The notes under the pieces were generated by a model. The model did no database searches. It had not been told where the DNA came from and worked only from the letters and a program-made list of their open reading frames with translations. A stretch of 51,344 nt of DNA from Acidimicrobiia bacterium. GTDB lineage: Bacteria > Actinomycetota > Acidimicrobiia > Spongiisociales > ZC4RG35. This document shows, in pieces, positions 1 through 9,771 of this stretch; position 1 is the first letter of the stretch, and each line of letters begins with the position of its first letter. The translations under genes were made by a program, and so were the position numbers. The stretch lies in assembly GCA_040905965.1 (NCBI GenBank), contig JBBDQP010000007.1:8042-59385 (forward strand). Direction: 5' to 3'.

Positions 1-11
1 CTCTCGTCGGG

Positions 12-1124
12 GTGGCGTTGGGTCTGCCTGAGTTTCTTCAGGCAAGGGGACTGTTTGTCGATCTCGATGATGTGGGTCCGCGGCGCGTCGTGGCCTTCGG
101 TGGTGGCTTCGTGCTCGTGGGTTCCGACACCGATGGAGCGATGATCTGGTACTCGGCGGATGGTGTGACCTGGTCAGCTGTCGATGATCCGGCCCTCGTC
201 GACCTGGAGGTACGGGACGTCGTGGTTGTCGACGGGCGTCTTGTGGCGCTGGGAGCGCTCGAGGAACCCACGCAGGCGGTCATCCTCGTTTCTTCGGACG
301 GCAGGCACTGGGAGCGGCACGAAGGTTTCGGCAATGTCGACCACGGGACTGTTCCGGAGGCGATCAGCCGGTCTGGGGAGGGACTCGCAGTCGTTGCGGA
401 CATCATCGGAAACGACGTCGAGTTCTACACCACCCCCGACCTGGGCTCCTGGACGGTGTCTGAGCCTGTTGGTGAGTTCGACGACGGTGAATCTGGCGAA
501 GACATCGCCTGTAGCGACGCGGTGTGCGTGGCGGTCGGCTCCCATCACGCCGCGTACCGGTCCGAGCTCGCAGCCGACGTTGGCGTGGCCTGGGTCAACA
601 CGGGCGGTGACCGCTTCGATCTCGTCGACCACGACTTCGAATCGGAGATCCTCACGCACGTCGTCTGGGCGGACCCGGGGTTCGTGGTGGGAGGCAACGA
701 CTCGTCCCGTTTGGGTGTCGTGTGGCACTCGGAAGACGGTCGGCAATGGACGAGGCTGGCCGGGCCGTTCGAAGATGCGCGGTTCGATGGCGTCGAGGCA
801 ACTACGGACGGCTATCTGATCTTCGGAAGTGACCGCGAGTCGGGCGCGATCTGGGTGTGGGAATCAGTCGACGGGCTTCAGTGGGCGGAAAGTGTGCTCT
901 CCGCAGGGTTGCCGGCCGGTTCCCACGTCCGGTCCGTTGCAGCCGGCGACAGCCTGCGTGTGGCGGTCGGTGTCGACTCGGAGACCCGAGGGACTGTCGT
1001 GTGGACGTCACCCAGAGGTGGGGACTGGTCTATTCGTCAGTCATCCGGGTACTGGAACACCTCTTCCAGCGGAACCTCGAACACCTTGGCCATCTGGAAC
1101 GCCATCTCCAACGACGGGGAGTAG
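12..1124 (+). CDS. Asp-box/BNR-repeat beta-propeller hypothetical protein (probably 5'-truncated by window edge)
   Basis: Repeated SxDGxxW motifs (SADGVTW, SSDGRHW, SEDGRQW, SVDGLQW); 3' end overlaps the convergent HTH gene. Confidence 0.65.
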   Translation: MALGLPEFLQARGLFVDLDDVGPRRVVAFGGGFVLVGSDTDGAMIWYSADGVTWSAVDDPALVDLEVRDVVVVDGRLVALGALEEPTQAVILVSSDGRHWERHEGFGNVDHGTVPEAISRSGEGLAVVADIIGNDVEFYTTPDLGSWTVSEPVGEFDDGESGEDIACSDAVCVAVGSHHAAYRSELAADVGVAWVNTGGDRFDLVDHDFESEILTHVVWADPGFVVGGNDSSRLGVVWHSEDGRQWTRLAGPFEDARFDGVEATTDGYLIFGSDRESGAIWVWESVDGLQWAESVLSAGLPAGSHVRSVAAGDSLRVAVGVDSETRGTVVWTSPRGGDWSIRQSSGYWNTSSSGTSNTLAIWNAISNDGE

Positions 1125-1252
1125 CGGCCCTGTTCGATGGCGATGATCGTCTGGCGGGTCACACCGAGCCGGTCGGCGAGTGCCGCCTGGGTCATCTCGT
1201 CGTTGGCGAACCGCAACGCCCGGATCGAGTTGGTGACTCGGGTCTTTGCCAT
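1037..1252 (-). CDS. XRE-family helix-turn-helix transcriptional regulator (71 aa)
   Basis: MAKTRVTNSIRALR...TQAALADRLGVTRQTIIAIEQGRYSPSLEMAF is a classic HTH_3; ATG at 1252 overlaps the upstream gene's stop. Confidence 0.9.
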   Translation of the reverse strand: MAKTRVTNSIRALRFANDEMTQAALADRLGVTRQTIIAIEQGRYSPSLEMAFQMAKVFEVPLEEVFQYPDD

Positions 1253-1698
1253 CAGAAGCCTCGCCGGTAGGTGACGAGCTTGACTCCGGCGGTCGCCAGT
1301 TCGGAGACGAAGAAGGCTCCGAGGATGGCGTGGGCGATCCAGAAGTGGTCGAACTCGTACACGGCGAGACCGAGTGCGGGGATCGTCGCCACGCCCAGGA
1401 CGACTCCCCCGATGTTTCCGGCGAAGCGTCCAATGGTCTTGTCCCGCTCGTCGCTGCGGTCGATTTCTGCGGTGGAACCGGTCATCGCCGCCCGACCGGC
1501 GAGCACGATGGACACGACAATGTGGACCACCACCGTGAGGACCACCGTCGCCACGACCAGGGTTACGAGGTCTCTGAGATAGGAGATCTCGGTGACGGGG
1601 GTGGCTTGGGCTTTCGCAAGGATCTGACTCGTGTACCAGACACCCAGCCCGAGCTGGATTGCCAGGTTGATCCAGGTGCTCTTCTCTTCGAACGACAT
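1252..1698 (-). CDS. Four-TM membrane protein (DUF2178-like, DERD motif), co-transcribed with the HTH gene
   Basis: Hydrophobic segments, SDERD motif, typical pairing with small XRE HTH. Confidence 0.7.
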   Translation of the reverse strand: MSFEEKSTWINLAIQLGLGVWYTSQILAKAQATPVTEISYLRDLVTLVVATVVLTVVVHIVVSIVLAGRAAMTGSTAEIDRSDERDKTIGRFAGNIGGVVLGVATIPALGLAVYEFDHFWIAHAILGAFFVSELATAGVKLVTYRRGF

Positions 1699-1707
1699 GG
1701 CTGTTCC

Positions 1708-2190
1708 TCAGTTCTTGGCAACGGGCTGGCTGACGGTGCGAAGAACCAGGCATTGGTCGACGCCGTACAGCCGGTGGGTGCGATGGTCGGCGGTGGTGAA
1801 GGCCGCTCCGGTCTCCTCGATGGCCACCACCTGCGGGTCCGACACCAGGAATCGGTTGCCTTCGTGAGTGATCTCCGCCCTGCCAGTTGTCAGGACGTTC
1901 TTCAGCCAGTCGGGCCGGGTCCCGTAGGGGAGAACGATGGCGACGCCGCCGTCGGCAGGGACGATGACGACCGGGGTCTGATATTCGCGGCCCGACCGAC
2001 GGCCAACGTGGTGGATGATCCCGGCGTACGCCCCGGGGGTACCGGCGGTGCGCATCTGCCGGGGGTTGGTGTACCGCCGGTTCATCCGCCGTACCCCGTC
2101 GAGTACCACCGGCCACTTGTAGCGCATGCCGAGGAAGAACAATGCGAACAGGGTGCCGAGCGTGGCGAGCAGGGAATAGAGGACGGTCAT
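1708..2190 (-). CDS. Nitroreductase-family deazaflavin (F420)-dependent oxidoreductase
   Basis: HVGRRSGREYQTPV and YGTRPDWLKNV motifs; N-terminal TM; GGAG RBS. Confidence 0.85.
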   Translation of the reverse strand: MTVLYSLLATLGTLFALFFLGMRYKWPVVLDGVRRMNRRYTNPRQMRTAGTPGAYAGIIHHVGRRSGREYQTPVVIVPADGGVAIVLPYGTRPDWLKNVLTTGRAEITHEGNRFLVSDPQVVAIEETGAAFTTADHRTHRLYGVDQCLVLRTVSQPVAKN

Positions 2191-2224
2191 GGTGTCTCCA
2201 CGAGGTAAAGGGAACTGGACTTGA

Positions 2225-2289
2225 TGTCAAGTTTGTATTACACGATGAAATGTAAAACAAACTAGACACAGAGTCAAGTGTGATTTACG
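2225..2289. promoter_or_regulatory. Operator array upstream of the nitroreductase-membrane protein-HTH operon
   Basis: TGTCAAGTTTGTATTACA (2225-2242) and TGTAAAACAAACTAGACA (2251-2268) are a 16/18 inverted repeat; third weaker copy at 2272-2289; AT-rich. Confidence 0.65.
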
Positions 2290-2333
2290 TGAGGCCGGAG
2301 CGCGCCGGGTTGCGACGCATCGCACGCCGTGGT

Positions 2334-4112
2334 TCAGCGACGTGCCGACCTCCAGCGTCGGGCGGGGAACCGATCGAAGAAATCGGAGATGGAGTCGTCG
2401 GTGCCGACCAGCACCAGCTCAGATCCGTACGGCATGGGACGGTCGGGGTCGGGGTTGGCCGTGATCTTGCCTCCCGACTCGACCCCCACCACGTTGCAGC
2501 CGGTGAGACGGCGGATGTGGGCCTCGGACAGCGACTTCCCGGCGAGCGCCCGGGGAATCGGGACTCGGAAGATGCTGAGACCCTGGGCGACGAGGATGGT
2601 CTGCTCTCCCTCGAAGTGGTTCCAGATCGCCGCCGAGCCGGTGGCGGCGTAGGAGAGGACGGCGTCCGCCCCCGCCCGGTACAGGGTGGTCACGTTGCGG
2701 TCGAGCCGCGCCCGGGAGACGATCCGGGCGTCCGGTCGGAGCCCCCGGCAGTAGCGGGTGAGATAGACGTTCATGTTGTCGTCGTGGGTGGTGACGAGCA
2801 CCGCCCCCGCCTCGGCGATCCCGGCCTCCTCCAACATCGACCGGTCAGCGGCATCGCCGATCACGTAGGGGACGTCGGGCCGCAGACGCTCTGGAAGCTT
2901 TTCCAGGATCGTGAAGGAGATGCCCTCGTCGGCGTAGGCCCGCCCGACCGCCCGCCCGACCCGGCCGCCACCGATGATCACGGCGTGGGCATCATCTGAC
3001 CCGACCGCGTACTTCTCGTCGAAGCCCTCGAGCTGGCTCTTGCTGCCGGCCAAGAGCAGGATCGTCGACGGGTGCAGCACCGTTTCAGGGGTGGCGATCT
3101 CGAACTCTCCCCGCTCCCACACTCCGACGATTCCCACCCCCAGCTCGGTTCGGAGCCGGGCGTCGTTCAGGCTGTGGCCCACCAGCTCGGTGCCGACGAT
3201 CCCCGCCTCAGCGATCAGAAGCCCGGCGAAACGGCCAATGACGTGGGTCCGTCCTCCCAGGCCGAGAGCCCGGGCGGCCATCGCCGAGCCGAGGATCTCA
3301 CCCAGTTGGACCACCTGACCTGCCCCGGCGATCTCCAGGATGTCCACCGAGTCGGGGGAGTTGGCGGTGGCGACGATGTCCACCTCAGGGGCGATCTCTC
3401 GGACGGTGAAGGCAATGTTGGTGTTGGCCTGGTCGTCCCGGGTGGCGACCACCATCTTCGCCTGCTCTACGCGGGCGCTGCGATAGGTGGCAGGGTCGTC
3501 GAGGTGGCCGACCATCACTCTGCGTCCCTCGTCGTGGAGACGGCCCGCCTCCTCCATGTCCTCGACGATCAGGACGTAGGGGACAGCCGCTCGCTCCGCT
3601 CGCTCCACCAGGGCAGCCTCGACCGGTCCCCACGCCGTGAGAAGCAGGTGCCCGCTGGTGGAGGCGGGCACGGACCGGGGCGCCCGGCGCCTCTCCCGCT
3701 CTGCCATCCACGGCATGAACACGAACTGGATGAACAGGAACGGCAGCATCACCAGGAGCGAGGTGGAGCCTGCGAGGAGCACCACGATCGAAAAGATCCT
3801 TCCGGCGTCGGACTCGAAAGTGATGTCCCCGAAGCCGAGAGTGCTCATGGTGGTGAGAGTCCAGTACACGCTGGTTGGCCAGGAGTAGGTGCGCCCTTCC
3901 AACTCCATCAGTTGGTGGAACGCCGCGCTGAAGATGGTGACGATCACGACGAACACCGCGAGGATCACCAGCAGGGTCCGGTTGCGGCGCCGGCGCTGGG
4001 CTCGTTGGGCCACTGCGGTCGCCCGCTCCGAGGCGTCCAAGCTGAGGGTCCGCTCCCCGCCGCTGAGACGCTGCGTGATCTGCGCCATTGTGGCGCCGAG
4101 GGACTTCAACAT
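2334..4112 (-). CDS. Potassium channel protein with two TrkA-N/TrkA-C (RCK) domains
   Basis: Pore motif TTMSTLGFGDI; Rossmann motif IIGGGRVG. Confidence 0.9.
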   Translation of the reverse strand: MLKSLGATMAQITQRLSGGERTLSLDASERATAVAQRAQRRRRNRTLLVILAVFVVIVTIFSAAFHQLMELEGRTYSWPTSVYWTLTTMSTLGFGDITFESDAGRIFSIVVLLAGSTSLLVMLPFLFIQFVFMPWMAERERRRAPRSVPASTSGHLLLTAWGPVEAALVERAERAAVPYVLIVEDMEEAGRLHDEGRRVMVGHLDDPATYRSARVEQAKMVVATRDDQANTNIAFTVREIAPEVDIVATANSPDSVDILEIAGAGQVVQLGEILGSAMAARALGLGGRTHVIGRFAGLLIAEAGIVGTELVGHSLNDARLRTELGVGIVGVWERGEFEIATPETVLHPSTILLLAGSKSQLEGFDEKYAVGSDDAHAVIIGGGRVGRAVGRAYADEGISFTILEKLPERLRPDVPYVIGDAADRSMLEEAGIAEAGAVLVTTHDDNMNVYLTRYCRGLRPDARIVSRARLDRNVTTLYRAGADAVLSYAATGSAAIWNHFEGEQTILVAQGLSIFRVPIPRALAGKSLSEAHIRRLTGCNVVGVESGGKITANPDPDRPMPYGSELVLVGTDDSISDFFDRFPARRWRSARR

Positions 4113-4246
4113 GTGCGAGCTCCTGTCACCAGGGAGGATCTTGCCAGACCGGTGGGTCGTGAGACGGCTGTGAGACGGAACTGGTCGCCCGATGGGTTGC
4201 TCTGAGTGATGTTGCGTTTGCGATCCGCCTATTTACAGAAGCGGGC

Positions 4247-5575
4247 CTACGAAGTGTGGCCCAGCCCTCTCAGGCGATCACTCAGATCTCGGATAGGCAA
4301 GAAGATGACCTGGCGCCCAACCCGGTGTTTCTCGAGAAGCCCCTCTTCGTGAAGTTGAGAGAGATCAGCGACGGCAGTTGGGCGTGTTATCCGGTGGCTC
4401 CCGAGGTGCGACTTGTACGTGTAACGGTAGGCGGGATGCCGCAAAGCGTGGCTGAGCAGTGCGAGTTGTCGATGGTTCAGCCACGCCGCGTCGCGAGCGA
4501 GCGCCTCCACCTCCTGAATTTCAGCGGTCTTCTTTTCGAGATAACTGTCGAGGTCGCGGATCGCGCGCTCGATCACCGTCAGGTGATACAGGATGAAGTA
4601 TGTGAGGTCTAGCTGGTCGGTCTCCGGGTGCAGAAATGCCCGCGCGTACTGGGCGGGCGCACGGTGGAGGATCCTTGAGATCGAGAGGAACTCCGTCACC
4701 CAATATCCCTGCCGGAGCATCGACCAATAGAACAGGGCCCGGGCAGTCCGGCCGTTGCCGTCGACGAACGGGTGATCGTATGCGAGCCAGAAGTGGACGA
4801 TTATTGCGCGGAGCACCGGGTGGATGAACCCCTTTCCGGCGCCATTGGCGAACTCGCACATGAGGGCGAGCCTTTCAGGAAGCTCCTCTGCAGCTGGGGG
4901 TGTATGAAGTACTTCCCCGTCCCGGTCGAGGATGACGACGCGCTTGTCGCCCGGCTGTTGGATCCGACCCTGGTTGTCGTCGGGGAGCGTTCCGCCGGCG
5001 ACCACGGAATGCAGGTCCAGGACGAGCTCAGGTGTGAACTTGGCATCACGATGACGCCGGACCCATTCCATCGCGCGATAGTTGTTGAGGACCATGCGCT
5101 GGTGAACGTCTTTCGGCTCGGTCCCGCCGCGGATCATCGCCTGCGCCGCTTGCCGAGTCGTAACCGCCCCCTCGAGTTGGCTGGAGCGAGTGGCCTCTTC
5201 GATGAGCGAATTCATGATGTATCGAGTTCGCGTCTGGGGGTTCACGAGACTGTCGGGGACGCCAAGCGTTCCCTGGCCCCTTCCATCGACAAAGTGAAGA
5301 CGTTCCAGAACCGAGTCAGGGACGGTGAAGCTCATCGGGGCACCATCAATCCCTTTCATCCCGGGTATGTGACGCATGGCGCTGCTTCTTGCAAGCTTTA
5401 GAGAGATCCACCACTCCTCATGGCTCACCCCTTCGGGGGCCGGTCGGCGACGCAGCTCGTCCCAGTGGAGATACCTGCTGTCATCGAACGCCAATTCGAA
5501 CAGCTCAAGGAGGCGTTTGTGGTCTCTGTCCTTGAGGAGGTCGGCCAGATCGAGTGGTCGCTGCGGGATTCGCAT
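4247..5575 (-). CDS. Fic family protein (class II, N-terminal inhibitory motif) with C-terminal wHTH
   Basis: HPFVDGNGRTAR catalytic motif; SSQLEG inhibitory motif; start chosen at MRIPQRP (track ORF extends to 5617). Confidence 0.9.
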   Translation of the reverse strand: MRIPQRPLDLADLLKDRDHKRLLELFELAFDDSRYLHWDELRRRPAPEGVSHEEWWISLKLARSSAMRHIPGMKGIDGAPMSFTVPDSVLERLHFVDGRGQGTLGVPDSLVNPQTRTRYIMNSLIEEATRSSQLEGAVTTRQAAQAMIRGGTEPKDVHQRMVLNNYRAMEWVRRHRDAKFTPELVLDLHSVVAGGTLPDDNQGRIQQPGDKRVVILDRDGEVLHTPPAAEELPERLALMCEFANGAGKGFIHPVLRAIIVHFWLAYDHPFVDGNGRTARALFYWSMLRQGYWVTEFLSISRILHRAPAQYARAFLHPETDQLDLTYFILYHLTVIERAIRDLDSYLEKKTAEIQEVEALARDAAWLNHRQLALLSHALRHPAYRYTYKSHLGSHRITRPTAVADLSQLHEEGLLEKHRVGRQVIFLPIRDLSDRLRGLGHTS

Positions 5576-5598
5576 CACGTGTAAAGGATTGCCATCGC

Positions 5599-5622
5599 TT
5601 GTCATTATACAAGACATGACAA
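5599..5622 (-). promoter_or_regulatory. fic promoter -10 (TATAAT, 5609-5604) inside a TTGTCAT-N10-ATGACAA inverted repeat
   Basis: Perfect TATAAT on minus strand nested in a 7-bp IR upstream of fic. Confidence 0.5.
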
Positions 5623-6121
5623 ATACCTAGTGGTGTTTTACACGTCGATGTATTCAACTACATACGTGTAATTCGGAGTCCCCGTGCTGGGTGTCGTCTT
5701 GCGCTTGTTCGAGCCAGCCAACCCGGCCGGCTGATCCGCCTGCGAACACTCAGGAGATTTGCCGCCCCATCGGCCACACCGAAGGTCTGGATTCCCGACA
5801 CGACGAGAGCCACTACCACGAGCCACGGCAGTCCCGAGAAGTGTCTGCTCAGATGTGGGCGCACTCGCAACCACCTCCTCGACTCCGACGGTACAGCCCG
5901 TGATTGATCCGCTGTAGGGCTGCTCTCTGTTGGACTGGCAGCGGGAGATTCATCCACACAAATACCCGAGGCACCCAGACCCCTGCCACACCGGCCTGGG
6001 CTTCCTTCGTGCCGAAACCGGATCTGTTTGTTAGGTGATCCGTTACGAGTGAGCACCGGATCGAACGGCCGTTCGTCCTGCCATCATCAGGAAATGCCCA
6101 TGATGTCAGGCCAATTCACGG

Positions 6122-6194
6122 TGGGTCCCGTGGGACTCGAACCCACAACCAACGGGTTAAAAGCCCGCTGCTCTGCCAATTGAGCTAGAGACCC
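6122..6194 (-). tRNA. tRNA-Lys (anticodon UUU)
   Basis: GGGTCTCTAGCTCAATTGGCAGAGCAGCGGGCTTTTAACCCGTTGGTTGTGGGTTCGAGTCCCACGGGACCCA; cloverleaf, TTCGA T-loop, CTTTTAA anticodon loop; CCA not encoded. Confidence 0.97.
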
Positions 6195-6267
6195 GGTACT
6201 GCAAGACAAGGTACAGGGTAAGGCGCGCGAAAACGCCGACGTTCGTCAGGCTGGATCCGTCGGTGGG
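6187..6267. repeat. Diverged partial copy (right half) of the 254-bp repeat; overlaps tRNA 5' end and promoter region
   Basis: AGAGACCCggTACTGCAAG...GGCGCG.GAAAACGCCGAC...GGCTGGATCCG.CGGTGG aligns with 8891-8971 and 14873-14953. Confidence 0.8.
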
Positions 6268-6298
6268 TGAGCCAAAGCAACGACGGCTGTAGGCGCAA

Positions 6299-8512
6299 AT
6301 GGAGCCGGAGCGCCCTATGAGCCCATCGTCGTCCACCGTCCTCAGGGCGTACGCTCCGGGAACAGTGAACGTCAACGTCCCGACCTCCGACCGGCTGCCG
6401 CCTGAATCGCCATCCCGGGTCCGGCGCCTTCCGAGGTGGCTACTCCCGGTTGTGGCGGCAGCCCTCGTGCTGGTAGCGGTCGTTGTAGTGGTGGGCGCGT
6501 TCTCGGCGCCTGAGGATTCCTCATCCGATGATCCGGATACCAGCCAACAGGGGGTGGTCGGTGGGCCGGCCCGGCCGATGTCTGGGTGGGAACTGATGTA
6601 CTTTCCGGGCGCGGGGACTTTCGTCGACGTCATGGACCATCCCGACGCGACGGTGGCATTGGCGTGGACGGGAACTCCTGATGGTCCCGGCTTGGCGCCG
6701 GCCGTCGGTTCGGCGGTGTGGGTTCTCGATGCTGTCAACTCGACCTGGTACGCCGCCGAACTCGAGGCAGCGGATCGTGCGGTTGTCTCGTCGGTGGCAA
6801 TGGTGGGAGGCGATGTTCTGATCGCCGGGAGCGTCGGTGGGGCGTCCCCGACGCCGACGCTGTGGGCCGGTCCGGCGGCCGGACCGTTCCGGATCGTCGA
6901 CCAGTCGTTCCCCCAATCCGTTCACCTGGAATCGATCCGCCGCCTGGACACCGAGACGGTCATTCTCCATCATGCGGTCGCACCCTGGAGCCACCCCCTT
7001 CTTCCCGGGGGTCCGTCCGGGGTGCTGGTCGGCGAGCCGGGCAACTGGACGGACATCACGCCCCTGGACGCCGAATTCGTGAACGAGATCATTTCCCATG
7101 ACGGGGAGTGGATCGCCGTCGGTGCCCGCGACGGCGAAGCGATGGCTTGGCATTCGATTGATCGGGGCAGCACCTGGTCGGCGCACCCGCCGCCAATCGA
7201 CAGTGAGGCGATGCTCACCGATGTGACCGTTGCCGGAGGCGACGCGTACGCGGCGGCGATGATCTTGGACACTGCCGGTCCTCACGTCCAACTGTTCCGC
7301 TACGACGGATCGTGGGCTGCTACCGGGGAGCCTCGACGGGGCGGGATCTTTTGGATTGCCGACATCGATGGCGAACTCGTCGGCGACGCCGCGTTCGACT
7401 TCACGCCGGCTCAGTTGTGGCAGCACGGCACCGGCGGACGATGGTCGGCAGTGCGGATGGCCATGCCGGCGGCGCCGGCGCGGCAGTGGCCCGCCTGGTT
7501 CATGGCCGCCGACGGGGGGAGGGTGGTGGGCGCCGTGTTAGGCCAGCCGGCGATGTGGCGTTCGGGAGCCGGCGGTGAATCCCTCCTGGCGACTCCCGCC
7601 GAAGCCGATCGGCTGTGGGAACGGGTGGCCACCCTCCCCGCCGGCCCATTCGTGACGTTTTCGGGTGATGAGATCATCGTGGTCGACTCCGGGCTGCAGC
7701 CGCTAACGACACCTGGCTTGCTTGTCAGCCGCGATGGCCTCGAGTGGGAGAAACGGGAACTTCCGACCGGGCTGAAGGTCACCGACATACGAGAAGTGGG
7801 CGGCCATACCGTGGTCGTCGGCGTTCGGGCGGCCTCGAACGTGGTGGTTGGACGATTCCACGACGACACGTTCGCGGTGATGGCGGAGCTCAAGGGGGCT
7901 CTGATTGGCCTTGACAGCTCCGACCATTCGATCATCCTGTTTGTCCGCCACGCGACCGTGACCACTCGGTACGAGATCCCGATCGAACCGGACAGTCCCA
8001 TCACGGAGACACCGGTGGCGGGAAGACCCGTGGCCATCTGGCCTGTGGGCGAGGGAGTCGTGGTGAGAGGCGAGTCCGCGGCCTTCGCGCGGCCCCCGAT
8101 TGGGATGAGTGTGTCGCAGGACGGCGGAATCGACTGGACGCCCGTCGACGTCGAGCCTTTGCGAGTCTTCCAGGTCGGGACCGAGATTGTCGTTTTCGCG
8201 GCAGACATGCCGGCCAGCACGTTCCGGCTCGAGGTCGACCCGATCGGGCTCGACGAGATCAGCCTTCCTCCCCGGTTCGCGACGTCCGCCACCGCCGGTT
8301 CGTCCATGTTCGAATGGGCTGGCGGCTTGGTCATACGTGAGCCAGGCAGTTTCGAGTACCTGGCGGCGATCGACGCCGACCCCGTGGTGCTCGAACTGTC
8401 GCCAAGAACCGGCCTCAACGGGGCGTTCGCGGTCCCCGCCGCCAACGGTCACGTCGTGACGCGGGAGGGCGAGGACTGGGTGCTCTACCGCTGGACGGGG
8501 CTCGCCCCGTGA
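6299..8512 (+). CDS. Large membrane-anchored extracellular beta-propeller (Asp-box) protein
   Basis: 737-aa ORF, single N-terminal TM, motifs SIDRGSTW, SRDGLEW, SQDGGIDW; start uncertain. Confidence 0.75.
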   Translation: MEPERPMSPSSSTVLRAYAPGTVNVNVPTSDRLPPESPSRVRRLPRWLLPVVAAALVLVAVVVVVGAFSAPEDSSSDDPDTSQQGVVGGPARPMSGWELMYFPGAGTFVDVMDHPDATVALAWTGTPDGPGLAPAVGSAVWVLDAVNSTWYAAELEAADRAVVSSVAMVGGDVLIAGSVGGASPTPTLWAGPAAGPFRIVDQSFPQSVHLESIRRLDTETVILHHAVAPWSHPLLPGGPSGVLVGEPGNWTDITPLDAEFVNEIISHDGEWIAVGARDGEAMAWHSIDRGSTWSAHPPPIDSEAMLTDVTVAGGDAYAAAMILDTAGPHVQLFRYDGSWAATGEPRRGGIFWIADIDGELVGDAAFDFTPAQLWQHGTGGRWSAVRMAMPAAPARQWPAWFMAADGGRVVGAVLGQPAMWRSGAGGESLLATPAEADRLWERVATLPAGPFVTFSGDEIIVVDSGLQPLTTPGLLVSRDGLEWEKRELPTGLKVTDIREVGGHTVVVGVRAASNVVVGRFHDDTFAVMAELKGALIGLDSSDHSIILFVRHATVTTRYEIPIEPDSPITETPVAGRPVAIWPVGEGVVVRGESAAFARPPIGMSVSQDGGIDWTPVDVEPLRVFQVGTEIVVFAADMPASTFRLEVDPIGLDEISLPPRFATSATAGSSMFEWAGGLVIREPGSFEYLAAIDADPVVLELSPRTGLNGAFAVPAANGHVVTREGEDWVLYRWTGLAP

Positions 8513-8741
8513 GCACGCCGATAGCATTTCAGACTCAGTCGCCGTGACGAATCCGTTTGCTGCTCGGGGCGGCAAAGCGCGGTGATCGCTCGGGTTCTGC
8601 GCGATCGCCAGTCATCGAAGCCCACGCCGAACCTCTAGCTCCTCCGTTCCGCCCACATCTCGCTACTGCAAGACGGGTCTCGCCGAAGACAATTGGGTGA
8701 AAGGTGATTGCACCCCATGTTGTGTTCCGCACGGTCCGGTG

Positions 8742-8995
8742 TGACATCCGAACCCGTGCAGCGGGGGACAAGGACGGACTTGATACATCCGGCCATTCCA
8801 GTCAGCGGCGGTGTGCATTCCAGAAAGGCCCGATCGGTGGGTCTGGCTTGTCGCGTTTGGGCCAGTGTTTTCGGGCTTTCTTGCAGCACCAGAGACCCAT
8901 TACTGCAAGCAAAGAGGCAGGATAGGGCGCGAGAAAACGCCCGACTCATGTCGGGCTGGAGCCGCCGGTGGCGGTCCTTCGGCTTGATAGGCCAC
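8742..8995. repeat. 254-bp direct repeat copy 1 with palindromic recombination-site-like core (8880-8909)
   Basis: Colinear with 14724-14977 (offset 5982); 151 bp identical (8788-8938 = 14770-14920); core CTTGCAGCAccAGAGACCCatTACTGCAAG. Confidence 0.95.
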
Positions 8996-9281
8996 GACTG
9001 ACTGTCCGCTGCGCTACGCGGAGTGCAATCGCGGTTCGAGGGACTCGTGACCAGCGGGGCCTGTTGCGGGCTACGTGTGCGGCCTCTCGATGCCGGGAAA
9101 GCAGTTGGGGGAAGGTCCTGGAGACCTACGTTCGGCGCTCACGGAGGTGACACGTACCATCTCGCTCGGGTCGACCGGTTGGTTTGGTCGTCGGGAGCTG
9201 TAGTTGGATGTCTGGTTCGCCGAAACAAGTGGGACCGTGGACGCTCGGTGAGCAGCTGGGTCGAGGAGGCAACACGACCGT

Positions 9282-9494
9282 GTGGTCGGCGACGCACTCA
9301 TCGGGCGAAAAGCTGCGATCCGGTGGTTGCTACTGATCCTCGAGAGAGACATCTGTGACGAGCGGGCACACCTGGCGTTGGTGCGGACACTGGTGGTGAT
9401 GGGCTCGGAGGGCGAAGCGCGGCGTCCGTACCGGCGCTACGTTGAGCGAATGGGCGATCTCGACATCGAGCCGGTGCCGTATCCGGACGGGTGA
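9282..9494 (+). pseudogene. C-terminal fragment of a BTAD (SARP-type activator) domain
   Basis: LERDICDERAHLALVRTLVVMGSEGEARRPYRRYVERMGDLDIEP resembles a BTAD C-terminus; no intact N-terminus. Confidence 0.6.
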
Positions 9495-9771
9495 AGCAGG
9501 CGCAGCATGCTGGCCAGTGGAGCATGTTGCCACATATTCCCCTCCCAGCCGATGTTCCCTGTGCTGCTGCCCGCTGACGGCAGGCCAGAGGCACACTCTG
9601 TTGGAACATGCGCCGCACGCTATAGCCCTGTGCCGGACGCCCGATTGAGGTGAGTGAGACGCGGAAGACGCCAGGGGGGTGTGTTCCGCATGGGCGACGG
9701 GTGGTCTTGGAGGGCCCGAGAGGCTTCGTCTGTCGCCGGTGAGTTCAAGAGTTCCTGGCGAGGGTCTGAGG

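Noticed and set aside
3072-4205. Long antisense ORFs (e.g. 3072-4205, 28261-29448, 43036-44208)
   Set aside because: Shadow frames opposite well-supported genes, typical of high-GC DNA.
8635-8949. Minus-strand ORFs (104 aa here; 117 aa at 14626-14979) with near-identical translations
   Set aside because: Similarity derives from the non-coding 254-bp repeat; the ends diverge, and there is no RBS or recognisable domain.
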